Under the pieces are notes generated by a model. It was not told where the DNA came from, ran no database searches, and saw only the letters and a program-made list of their open reading frames with translations. This document shows positions 1 through 7,501 of a stretch of 40,918 bases of DNA, piece by piece (within the stretch, counting starts at the first letter, position 1; each line of letters opens with the position of its first letter). The stretch comes from a virus (lineage: Duplodnaviria; Caudoviricetes): positions 1 through 40,918 of the IMG/VR virus record IMGVR_UViG_3300045557_000071; one strand, 5' to 3'. Both the position numbers and the translations under genes were made by a program.

Positions 1-1287
1 TCATGCATTTGACACAAGTTTTGACACACTTTGTTCTTGATTCGTGGTGGCGGAAGGTTTATAGCGCTTCTTTTTTGCTTTTGGCTTTTCTGGTGATTTA
101 TAGTCTTTGAATATTTGCTCTAGCTTGGCCCCGACTTTTTGCGCTGCGTCTTTCAGTTCGTCTTCGGATGCATGGGCATACCTTCGAATATGTGTTTTAA
201 CATCGTCATGGCCGGCCTGGGTCATGCTGACCTTAAGAGTGATGCCCAGAGAATGCATCCAGGATATGAAGTTATGGCGCAGGTCCTGGAAGCGGGCGTC
301 CAGCATTGAGGTATAGGTGAATGCGGGATCCTTTTTCTTTTTTGCTTCAAACTCTAGGTCAACCTTTTCGCGCCAGTCGCGGAATTGGCGGCTGAAGTTG
401 GTAAGGCTGATATGCGTATCGGCGAGAGAATGAAAGACGATGTTCGATTTGGTTTTTGGGATGGAATTAATCTTGGCCATGATGAACGGATCCACGAAGA
501 CTTCCCGGTATCCGGCTGGTGTTTTGGGTTGGTGTTTGATTTCTTGTTTGCTACCGTTGCGGATCAGGTTTTTGGTGATGACTACGCGGTCAGTTTTGAT
601 GTCGCTCCACTCCAGGGCAAGGATTTCGCTTTTGCGCAGTCCGGCTCCGAGTTCTAGCCATAGTGCTTTACCGTACTGGCTGCGCTCTGCGAACTGCATC
701 AACGTGATTAACTGCTCATCGGTATAAAGGCGGGGGATTCTGCTTTCCAGTTTGGGCAGTTTCACTTTGAAAATCTTCCGGAGGATGTCCCGATCGAGGG
801 CGATCTCAAGAATCTGTTTCGCGATTTGCCAGATTTCAATGATCGTGCTGGCGGCCAGGTTCTTTTCGATCAGGCCGGTGATGATTGTTTGCGATTTTTC
901 ATTAACCTCGGCAGGCGTGTCTTCATAGTAGTCAGCCAAGTGGTTTTCGCACAGAGAATAATATTTGTCATAGGTAGTAGGGCTGCGCTTCTTGCCGGTG
1001 ACGAAACTCTTGAAGGTTTGCAGCCAAAGTTTCTGCAGGTCGCCAAAGGTTGTTTCATCCGGACGCAGCGCCTGTCCCTGGATGCGCTTTACAACCATGC
1101 TGTCTAGCCAGGCGTTGCCGTCTTTTTCTGCGCTAGGCCCGGTGAAATATTCGGTAATGGGGATTGGCTTGCCATGAGCATCACGTTCACCACTGGGAAA
1201 ACGGCACATGACACGACCGTCGCTTTTACGGACGGTTAATGATCCTGTATTGTTTGGCCGGCGACCGGCTTTCTTTTTGCGGGGCAT
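1..1287 (-). CDS. int: Tyrosine recombinase (phage integrase)
   Basis: Motifs GLRKSEILALEW (R), PKT (K), RFQDLRH (HxxR with H->Q), AGH...RRYAH (H, Y); N-terminal arm-binding-like region; AGGAGG RBS. Confidence 0.95.
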   Translation of the reverse strand: MPRKKKAGRRPNNTGSLTVRKSDGRVMCRFPSGERDAHGKPIPITEYFTGPSAEKDGNAWLDSMVVKRIQGQALRPDETTFGDLQKLWLQTFKSFVTGKKRSPTTYDKYYSLCENHLADYYEDTPAEVNEKSQTIITGLIEKNLAASTIIEIWQIAKQILEIALDRDILRKIFKVKLPKLESRIPRLYTDEQLITLMQFAERSQYGKALWLELGAGLRKSEILALEWSDIKTDRVVITKNLIRNGSKQEIKHQPKTPAGYREVFVDPFIMAKINSIPKTKSNIVFHSLADTHISLTNFSRQFRDWREKVDLEFEAKKKKDPAFTYTSMLDARFQDLRHNFISWMHSLGITLKVSMTQAGHDDVKTHIRRYAHASEDELKDAAQKVGAKLEQIFKDYKSPEKPKAKKKRYKPSATTNQEQSVSKLVSNA

Positions 1288-1308
1288 GGGGTGCCTCCTT
1301 GGTTATAT

Positions 1309-1497
1309 CTATCTTTGTTTTAGTTGATCGACAAAGTATTTTCCAAAAAAAAGACTGATAAAAATGATCATGATGCCAATTTTGGTGGTAATATTCGCAA
1401 TACTAAAATATCCAACAGTAACAAGATAAAACCCAGTCATTAATAAAATGAGGTTAAGGCTAAAAAATAACCAATCGTTTGTATTAATGTTTTTCAT
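1309..1497 (-). CDS. Small two-TM membrane protein, 62 aa
   Basis: Two hydrophobic stretches; AT-rich; in line between TPR gene and integrase. Confidence 0.65.
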   Translation of the reverse strand: MKNINTNDWLFFSLNLILLMTGFYLVTVGYFSIANITTKIGIMIIFISLFFGKYFVDQLKQR

Positions 1498-1510
1498 GAT
1501 TAGTACCGCC

Positions 1511-2506
1511 TTATTGTTTAAATTGCCGCAGTGCTTTCAAGGAGCCTTCGGCGGCAGGACGGTAAGGATTGTTTGATGGCGCGAACTTGAAAAACTTTTC
1601 GTACTGTTCGATGGCTTCATTGACCTTGCCCTGCTGTGCAAATATCCAGCCGCGTCCGAAGTATGGTTCAGGGAGAGATTGGTCCAACGACGTGGCCTTT
1701 GCAAAGTCAGGCAACGCCTCTTCGTATTTGCGCATGTTCATATAAATAACTGCACGATTATTATAGTAAACCGCTTGCGGCGCTAGCTTAATAGCCATGC
1801 TAGAATCAGAAATTGCGCCGGCAAAGTCGTTTAATCTCATTTTTGTCATGCCGCGAACCAGGTATGCATGCGCATATGACGGTTCAAGTTGTATTGCTTT
1901 GTCGCAGTCGTGATAAGCTTCAGAGTATCGTTGAAAGTCAAACTGTATTGCGCAGCGCAGCCCCCAGGAAGCTGCGGTTTTTGGCTCAACCTGCACTGCA
2001 ATATCCAGGACTCTCAGGGCGGTGTCAAAGTCATTTTGTGCAGCCAAGACTAATATCTTGGTCATATAGGCATTGACGTCTTTTGGGTCTTCCAGTATAA
2101 CCTTATTGGCATCAGCCAGAGCTTCTTCATATTTTCCCATTGCACGATAAGCTGCCGCTCGATTTCCCAGCGCTTGAAGATCGTTAGGGTGAATGCTAAG
2201 GACTTTGTTAAAAGCGGCCAAGCCCTTTGCCGGATCGCCTAGCAGCGTGTAGAGAAATCCGCGCCAGAAATATCCTTCAGAATAATCCGGACTTGCCGCA
2301 ACTGCTGCGTTGCAAAATTGCAGGGCTTTATTCAGAGCGGTTGGATCGTTTTGAAAGATACCGATATCTTTTTGCTTCTTGCATTGTTCGACCAAGCTGT
2401 CGGCGGTGGATGGATTTCCGGATGCGGTTGGTTGGACAGAAATGCATAGTAATAGAACCGCTGAAATAAATAGAGACTTAAGATGAATACCGGCAAGTCT
2501 ACTCAC
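1511..2506 (-). CDS. Exported tetratricopeptide-repeat (TPR) protein
   Basis: N-terminal signal-peptide-like segment (LFISAVLLLCISVQPTA) followed by tandem TPRs (AY..RG....A..D..KAI.L.P). Confidence 0.9.
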   Translation of the reverse strand: MSRLAGIHLKSLFISAVLLLCISVQPTASGNPSTADSLVEQCKKQKDIGIFQNDPTALNKALQFCNAAVAASPDYSEGYFWRGFLYTLLGDPAKGLAAFNKVLSIHPNDLQALGNRAAAYRAMGKYEEALADANKVILEDPKDVNAYMTKILVLAAQNDFDTALRVLDIAVQVEPKTAASWGLRCAIQFDFQRYSEAYHDCDKAIQLEPSYAHAYLVRGMTKMRLNDFAGAISDSSMAIKLAPQAVYYNNRAVIYMNMRKYEEALPDFAKATSLDQSLPEPYFGRGWIFAQQGKVNEAIEQYEKFFKFAPSNNPYRPAAEGSLKALRQFKQ

Positions 2507-2521
2507 GGCATCACACCATCC

Positions 2522-3268
2522 TTATTTTCCATTTCCGTTTGTCGGCGGGACGAAATGACCAGCATAAACTCCGCTGATAGTAATGGTTCCGGCATGAAAT
2601 ACGCTTCTTTGGTGTCTGGGGTTTTCAGGAACCAACTCAATGCGACCGTCATAGCGAAAAATTCGCTTGATGGTCGTTTCGTTTTCTATGTTGAGACAAC
2701 AAATAGCGCCGTTTTGGCATTCGACCGCCTGGCGAATCAGAACATAAGAGCCGTCGGGAATTAAAGGTTCCATGCTGTCGCCGTTGACGCGAAGCCAAAA
2801 ATATTCCGGGAACGTCAAGCCGGGAGGGAGTGGCCAGTAACCGAGGATGTCCTGTTGTTGCGCCAGTGGGACGCCTGCGGAAACACTTCCGAGAATGGGG
2901 GATTCGCCATAAGATTTCCGCGCTTGTGTCAAAAGCGATAGCGCGGGATCTGGCGTCTGACGATTGATCGCATTGAACACAACAGGATTCTCAATTTCTG
3001 TAATGATTGTTTTGGCATCGCTATGGTCCGGATAAGTTGCCATAGCTTCCTTAACATTCGCTTTTGGATTGTCTGTAAGTCCCAATAGATAGTCGGATGA
3101 AACCGAATAGAACGATGCAAGGCGAGCCAATGTATTGAAGTCAGGCTCATGCTTGTCTGTTTCATATCGGTTTAGGTTCACATTATTTATATCCAAAAGG
3201 AGTGCTGCTTCATTTTGCTTAAGACCCTTTGTTTCCCGCAGAATCCTAAGCCTTTCTCCTAGTGTCAT
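2522..3268 (-). CDS. cI: CI/LexA-type repressor (HTH_3 plus S24 autopeptidase)
   Basis: XRE HTH (LGERLRILRE...NRYETDKHEP), Ala-Gly cleavage site (VSAGVP), catalytic Ser (GDSMEP) and Lys (TTIKR); start placed at ATG 3268 behind GAGGTG. Confidence 0.93.
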   Translation of the reverse strand: MTLGERLRILRETKGLKQNEAALLLDINNVNLNRYETDKHEPDFNTLARLASFYSVSSDYLLGLTDNPKANVKEAMATYPDHSDAKTIITEIENPVVFNAINRQTPDPALSLLTQARKSYGESPILGSVSAGVPLAQQQDILGYWPLPPGLTFPEYFWLRVNGDSMEPLIPDGSYVLIRQAVECQNGAICCLNIENETTIKRIFRYDGRIELVPENPRHQRSVFHAGTITISGVYAGHFVPPTNGNGK

Positions 3269-3269
3269 G

Positions 3270-3412
3270 ATTACACCTCGCGCAATATTTCTTGGATTCA
3301 CTATATCAAAATTACGTCAAAAGTAAAATACAATTACGCAAAAAGAAATTAATTGTTGCAATTACACGAAACGTAATCTATAATAATAATCGTACATTAC
3401 GAATCGCGTAAC
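3270..3412. promoter_or_regulatory. Lysis/lysogeny switch: five 17-bp operators ATTAC-N7-GTAAT
   Basis: 3270-3286 ATTACACCTCGCGCAAT, 3311-3327 ATTACGTCAAAAGTAAA, 3333-3349 ATTACGCAAAAAGAAAT, 3361-3377 ATTACACGAAACGTAAT, 3396-3412 ATTACGAATCGCGTAAC, between divergent cI and cro. Confidence 0.85.
3356..3384 (+). promoter_or_regulatory. Early lytic sigma70/sigmaA promoter (PR-like)
   Basis: TTGCAA (3356-3361), 17-bp spacer, TATAAT (3379-3384); the perfect operator fills the spacer. Confidence 0.85.
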
Positions 3413-3426
3413 GAGGAGGTGACAAA

Positions 3427-3696
3427 ATGACGAAGGTTGATCTGGCTAAAATAAAAAAGCTGCGCAAGCAAATGAAACTTACGCAGGGCGAAATGGCGGA
3501 TAAGCTTGGGTTGACATCTGGAAAACTTTATCATGACCGGGAAGTCGGGAGAGTATATTTCAGCGCTGACGAAGTGGCTCAATTAGCAATTGTTTTGGGT
3601 GTTGCTATTGAAACTTTGTACGCTGAAAATTTTTTTGCCCAGGCGATTACACAAAACGTAATCGATGAACTGGCAACTCAAAAGAAGGGGGCGTAA
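3427..3696 (+). CDS. cro: Cro-like XRE HTH regulator
   Basis: IKKLRKQMKLTQGEMADKLG...REVG HTH; divergent from cI; GAGGAGGT RBS. Confidence 0.9.
   Translation: MTKVDLAKIKKLRKQMKLTQGEMADKLGLTSGKLYHDREVGRVYFSADEVAQLAIVLGVAIETLYAENFFAQAITQNVIDELATQKKGA
3646..3662. promoter_or_regulatory. Sixth operator inside the 3' end of cro
   Basis: ATTACACAAAACGTAAT, perfect ATTAC-N7-GTAAT and 16/17 identical to the 3361 operator. Confidence 0.75.
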
Positions 3697-3699
3697 ACG

Positions 3700-3918
3700 G
3701 TGGATTTTGGTACAGCATTACAAAAAATAAAAAATGGCAATCGAGTTGCTCGATCTGGTTGGAACGGGAAAGGAATGTTCATAGAGCTGGCGGGTCCGTA
3801 TTTGGTTGAAGCAAGCAATAGCCGACTGTTCATCCATATGAAAACGGCCCAAGGTGACTATGTTCCTTGGGTCGCAAGCCAAAGCGATTTTTTAGAAAAC
3901 GATTGGACAGTGGTTTGA
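3700..3918 (+). CDS. tad2: DUF2829 / Thoeris anti-defence Tad2-family protein
   Basis: Family signature MDFG.AL..IK.G.RVARSGWNGKGMFI...MKTAQG..VPW.ASQSD.L..DW. Confidence 0.8.
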   Translation: MDFGTALQKIKNGNRVARSGWNGKGMFIELAGPYLVEASNSRLFIHMKTAQGDYVPWVASQSDFLENDWTVV

Positions 3919-3951
3919 AGACGAGTCGAACAAGAAACACTTATGAATTCG

Positions 3952-4221
3952 TCAAGAGTTTAGTGCTTTCTTGAGCCATTCTGAATCGCATATAACGTTT
4001 TTCCAGGCGGCTTCTCCAGTTAATGCTGCAACAAAAATGCGATCATTGGCGTCTATGTGTGCGTTAAGATTGTCGCGAATCTTTTCGCAAGAGTCGGTTG
4101 AGTTAATTACCCAGGCCGACTCAGTGATTTTACCCCAATTTGGGTAGTTTTTAATTGCAGAAATTAAGTTGTCGTAGTTTCTACCAGGAGCGCGTAAATC
4201 ATAGGTTATAAGTTTTGCCAT
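3952..4221 (-). CDS. Stand-alone Cas2/VapD-like ferredoxin-fold protein (often annotated SinR-family)
   Basis: LITYDL...NYDNLISAIK...W.KI.ESAW.I...IRD.L...ID.NDRIFV; GGAGGT RBS before ATG 4221; opposite strand to neighbours. Confidence 0.65.
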   Translation of the reverse strand: MAKLITYDLRAPGRNYDNLISAIKNYPNWGKITESAWVINSTDSCEKIRDNLNAHIDANDRIFVAALTGEAAWKNVICDSEWLKKALNS

Positions 4222-4328
4222 GCGTACCTCCATTTTTTGCATTTCGTCCGACTCGTTAAATTTTCAACTTCGATAATTGTTCTTTGTTTCCTGCTTGGTT
4301 TTACAAAAAATACAGAAAGGAGGTGTGT

Positions 4329-4550
4329 ATGGTGGACCAACTTGTGGAGAAGGCGTTCATCGACGTTTATGAACTGGCGGCCATGTTCTGCATCGGTGCC
4401 CAGGCGGCGCGCAACATGTGTCACGCCAAAGGGTTCCCGGCAAGAAAGATCAGGGGGCGGTGGCGGATCAATAAGGACAGATTGGACAAGTGGATTGACA
4501 CGGAGTTTGGCGGCAAAACGATTGCCGTATATGGAGGGAGGCGTAGCTAA
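4329..4550 (+). CDS. xis: Excisionase-like HTH DNA-binding protein
   Basis: IDVYELAAMF.IG...FPARKIRGRWRINKDRLDKWI; AAAGGAGGT RBS before ATG 4329. Confidence 0.8.
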   Translation: MVDQLVEKAFIDVYELAAMFCIGAQAARNMCHAKGFPARKIRGRWRINKDRLDKWIDTEFGGKTIAVYGGRRS

Positions 4551-4651
4551 TGAGAGCGCGGGTAGCAGTGAAGCGAGTTGAGTCGGAGTTCTGGAAAGGC
4601 GTGACCGTCGGCATGTCGATTGTGGCGCTGTGGGTGGTGTGGCTGGCATGA
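4550..4651 (+). CDS. 33-aa single-TM peptide (absent from ORF track)
   Basis: MRARVAVKRVESEFWKGVTVGMSIVALWVVWLA; GGAGG RBS; TAATG overlap upstream and ATGA overlap downstream. Confidence 0.65.
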   Translation: MRARVAVKRVESEFWKGVTVGMSIVALWVVWLA

Positions 4652-5577
4652 CGGGAACGAACGTAAAGGACACATTGTTAAAACTAAAAGAATCCCTGAG
4701 TGACGATGCGACAATGGCTCCCGTTTCCGTAGCCGGGCTGGACACGCTAGTGGCGGAGATCAAGATTCTTTCGCAACAGACCGCCGGCAATATCATTGAA
4801 ATCGGCAAGCGGTTATTGCAGGCAAAATCGTTGGTGGTGCATGGTGAGTGGGGAAACTGGCTGGGAGAAAACTTCGACCTAACCGAACGGACTGCAAGAA
4901 ATTTCATGAGGGCAGCATCTGAGTTTGGTGGCGAAAACGGAAATCGTTTTCCTATTTCAAAAATCTATGCGCTGCTCGATGTTCCTGCTGCCGATCGGGA
5001 AGCTTTCATCGCAGAAACTCACGACGTAGATGGCCAGCAAAAGACCGTGGATGAAATGACCAGTAGGGAGCTGGCGGCGACGATCAGGATATTAAAGGCC
5101 ACGGAAAAGGCAAAGGCCGAATCGGACAATCTGGTCCAGGACTTGGCGCAAAAGAATCAGAAGCTGCAGGACGACCTGGAACAGTCACGCCTGGCTCAAA
5201 AGGTGCTGGCCGACAAGAAGGAAATGAAAGTCGAAAAGGCGCCGCCGGATTATGACCGAATAAAGAAGCAGCTCCAAGAGTCGCAGGATAATGTGGCATC
5301 GCTGAAAGCGAGGCTCGATTCGTACAAAGAAGTCGGGGAAAACCGGGATGAGACGATGATGCGAATCGAATTCTTCACCCACAGCATCAATCGGTTTGTT
5401 AGGGAGAACGCAACGCTCGGCTATTTCGGCAACATTTATGCAAAAGCTTCGCCGCAGGCGCAGCGGGAGTATGACAAAAGCCTGACCATGTTGGAAAAGT
5501 GGTGTCGGGATATGCGGGATCAAGCGATCCTGCCGAAAGGCGAACAGGTGTATGAAATGGAGGTGGAAATTTCATGA
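4648..5577 (+). CDS. DUF3102-domain phage protein with coiled-coil C-terminus
   Basis: IIEIGKRLLQAKSLVVHGEWGNWL...TERTARNFMR...V.EMTSREL. Confidence 0.85.
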   Translation: MTGTNVKDTLLKLKESLSDDATMAPVSVAGLDTLVAEIKILSQQTAGNIIEIGKRLLQAKSLVVHGEWGNWLGENFDLTERTARNFMRAASEFGGENGNRFPISKIYALLDVPAADREAFIAETHDVDGQQKTVDEMTSRELAATIRILKATEKAKAESDNLVQDLAQKNQKLQDDLEQSRLAQKVLADKKEMKVEKAPPDYDRIKKQLQESQDNVASLKARLDSYKEVGENRDETMMRIEFFTHSINRFVRENATLGYFGNIYAKASPQAQREYDKSLTMLEKWCRDMRDQAILPKGEQVYEMEVEIS

Positions 5578-5954
5578 CGGATCTGAGCTTGGTGGAAAAG
5601 ACCAAGGCGGAAAGGGCGCTGGATGCGGCACGGCAACTCCTGGGCGCGGTGGGTGATTTATCGGATGAGGTGGCGGAACATCGGCGGCGATTGATCCAGG
5701 TTGAACATCAGCTGGAAAAAGAGGTGTATATTTCTCCGTCGCAAGCAGCAGCGCTTCTCCGGGCGGTACGGGAACGAGTGCGGGAAGTATGCGGCGACAA
5801 GTATGGCGAGCTGCGGGGCAAAATGTTTCCCGCAATATGGAACGCGGTAAAAAAAGAGTTTGATGTGGCGCAGTACCGCGAGATTCCCCGCGTGAAAATC
5901 GACATTGCCATGAAACTGGTCCGCGAGTGGAAGCCGCTCGATCTGGCGGCGTGA
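5574..5954 (+). CDS. ORF6C-domain protein (antirepressor-associated)
   Basis: IWNAVKKEFDVAQYREIPRVKIDIAMKLVREWKP C-terminal motif. Confidence 0.75.
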   Translation: MTDLSLVEKTKAERALDAARQLLGAVGDLSDEVAEHRRRLIQVEHQLEKEVYISPSQAAALLRAVRERVREVCGDKYGELRGKMFPAIWNAVKKEFDVAQYREIPRVKIDIAMKLVREWKPLDLAA

Positions 5955-5974
5955 TGAAAGGAGGCGAAAAAAGT

Positions 5975-6006
5975 TGAATCCATCCGGATGGACCCGGATG
6001 GATTCA
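5975..6006. repeat. Perfect 13-bp inverted repeat with 6-nt loop
   Basis: TGAATCCATCCGG-atggac-CCGGATGGATTCA. Confidence 0.85.
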
Positions 6007-6113
6007 GAGAAGAATGCTCATGCGGCACATGACTCTATCTTCGCTGTCAGTATACCACAGCTTGCTGGTGGCGAAAACACACGGAAGAAAAGTTATTGAC
6101 AGGAGGAGTTGGC

Positions 6114-6386
6114 GTGAAGGAATCCGAGGTCAAAACCAGTGCTGAGATGGGGCGCAAGGACGCCAGAAAAATAAAGGTCCGGATCACGATTTGCGCAGGC
6201 TGCGGATTGAACCATGCAACGCTGTACAAGTTAAAGAACGCCCAGGGCGGTGACGCATTTGTTTGCAAGGCGTGCATGCTGGCCAGGCAGCCGGTTCTGG
6301 TTGATGCGTTTCGCGGAAGCAGCCGTCGCGATCGGCGGCGATGGGCAAGGGAACAGAAGAAAAAGGAAGGCGGTGGCGCAAAATGA
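6114..6386 (+). CDS. Hypothetical Zn-finger-like protein
   Basis: CAGC...CKAC; GTG start after AGGAGGAG. Confidence 0.65.
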   Translation: MKESEVKTSAEMGRKDARKIKVRITICAGCGLNHATLYKLKNAQGGDAFVCKACMLARQPVLVDAFRGSSRRDRRRWAREQKKKEGGGAK

Positions 6387-6829
6387 TGCCTGTCGAAATG
6401 ATTGTCGATCACTGCCCGGAAGAAGGAAGATATGGTGATTGCTTTCGAGCCTGCGTTGCATCATTGATGGAGCTGCCGGCAGAAGCTGTACCGCATTTTT
6501 GCGATGGTAATCCAGGATGGGAAGTGTTTAACCGCAAACTGTACCAATAGCTAGGGGAAAATGGGTTTGCCTGGATTGAAACGCCTGCCTTTGACATGAA
6601 AAACTGGATTGAATTAGGCTTTGATGTTTTTCATATGATTGCTGGACCAAGTCCGAATTTCATTGGTGGCCAACATGCCGTTGTAGGGCGAAACGGAATC
6701 ATTGTTCACGACCCTGCACCGAGCAAGAAAGGGCTTGGCGGAACAATAACCGAGTGGCAATATGGTTTTCTTGTTAAGACCTGCGTGTCAAAGATAGGGG
6801 GTGTCAGTGGTGGCGAAGCAAGAGTGTGA
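6383..6829 (+). pseudogene. Papain-fold (C39-like) protein gene interrupted by in-frame TAG at 6548-6550
   Basis: ORFs 6341..6550 and 6596..6829 share a frame with no other stop between; the joined product has GDCFRAC ... HAVV ... HDP Cys-His-Asp order. Confidence 0.7.
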
Positions 6830-7067
6830 TGTCATGGTGAAGCAATTTACATTATTACCGCCAAAGCCGGACGTTTGCCCGGAATGTGCATGCAACCATC
6901 CACCGGAATTTCCGCACAATGCACGTAGCCTGTATTACCAGACGAAGTTTTTCATGGAACATGACCGGGCGGCCACATGGGCTGACGCGATGGCGCACTG
7001 CGATCCGGAAGTCCAGCAGGTTTGGACGGAAGAACTACGAAAGCGCGGGGAGTCTGTACCAGGGTAA
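6801..7067 (+). CDS. Hypothetical phage protein (start uncertain)
   Basis: CPECA..H...PHN..SLYYQ..F...H.R..TWADAMAHC; stop overlaps next ATG. Confidence 0.7.
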   Translation: MSVVAKQECDVMVKQFTLLPPKPDVCPECACNHPPEFPHNARSLYYQTKFFMEHDRAATWADAMAHCDPEVQQVWTEELRKRGESVPG

Positions 7068-7501
7068 TGGTGTACCGGATTGATTCGATCCACGAGCTGC
7101 CGCAGGAGATTTTGCGGCGTAATCCCCAGCTGCTTGAACTTGCCGGCGAAGCTCCGCCGAAAGAAAACAAATACCACGCCAAAAAGGTGACTGTCGACGG
7201 CATAACCTATGACAGCACAAAGGAGGCCAACCGGTATCAGCAGCTGCTGCTGATGGAACGATCGGGACGGATCAGCGAGCTGCGGCGCCAGGTGCGGTAT
7301 GAGTTGCAGGAAGGTTTTGTCGGAATCGTCGGCAAGTGGGTGCGGCCGATTTACTACGTGGCCGATGCGGATTACATGGAGGGCGGCCGGCATGTGGTGG
7401 AGGACACCAAGAGCCCGGCGACGCGGAAGATAAAAAGTTATCAGCTCAAACGGAAGATGTTTGAGAAACGGTACCCGGAGATTGAGTTTAGAGAAGTGTG
7501 A
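7067..7501 (+). CDS. DUF1064 PD-(D/E)xK nuclease-like protein
   Basis: NKYHAKKVTVDGITYDSTKEA...QVRYEL...YVADADY...VVEDTK. Confidence 0.85.
   Translation: MVYRIDSIHELPQEILRRNPQLLELAGEAPPKENKYHAKKVTVDGITYDSTKEANRYQQLLLMERSGRISELRRQVRYELQEGFVGIVGKWVRPIYYVADADYMEGGRHVVEDTKSPATRKIKSYQLKRKMFEKRYPEIEFREV

Noticed and set aside
1-60. attL/attR site or tRNA target
   Set aside because: Window starts at the integrase stop and ends at a gene stop, so flanks are missing; no terminal direct repeat or tRNA seen
3918-4330. CRISPR array or mini-array near the Cas2-like gene
   Set aside because: No direct repeats with spacers here or elsewhere by eye; no other cas genes
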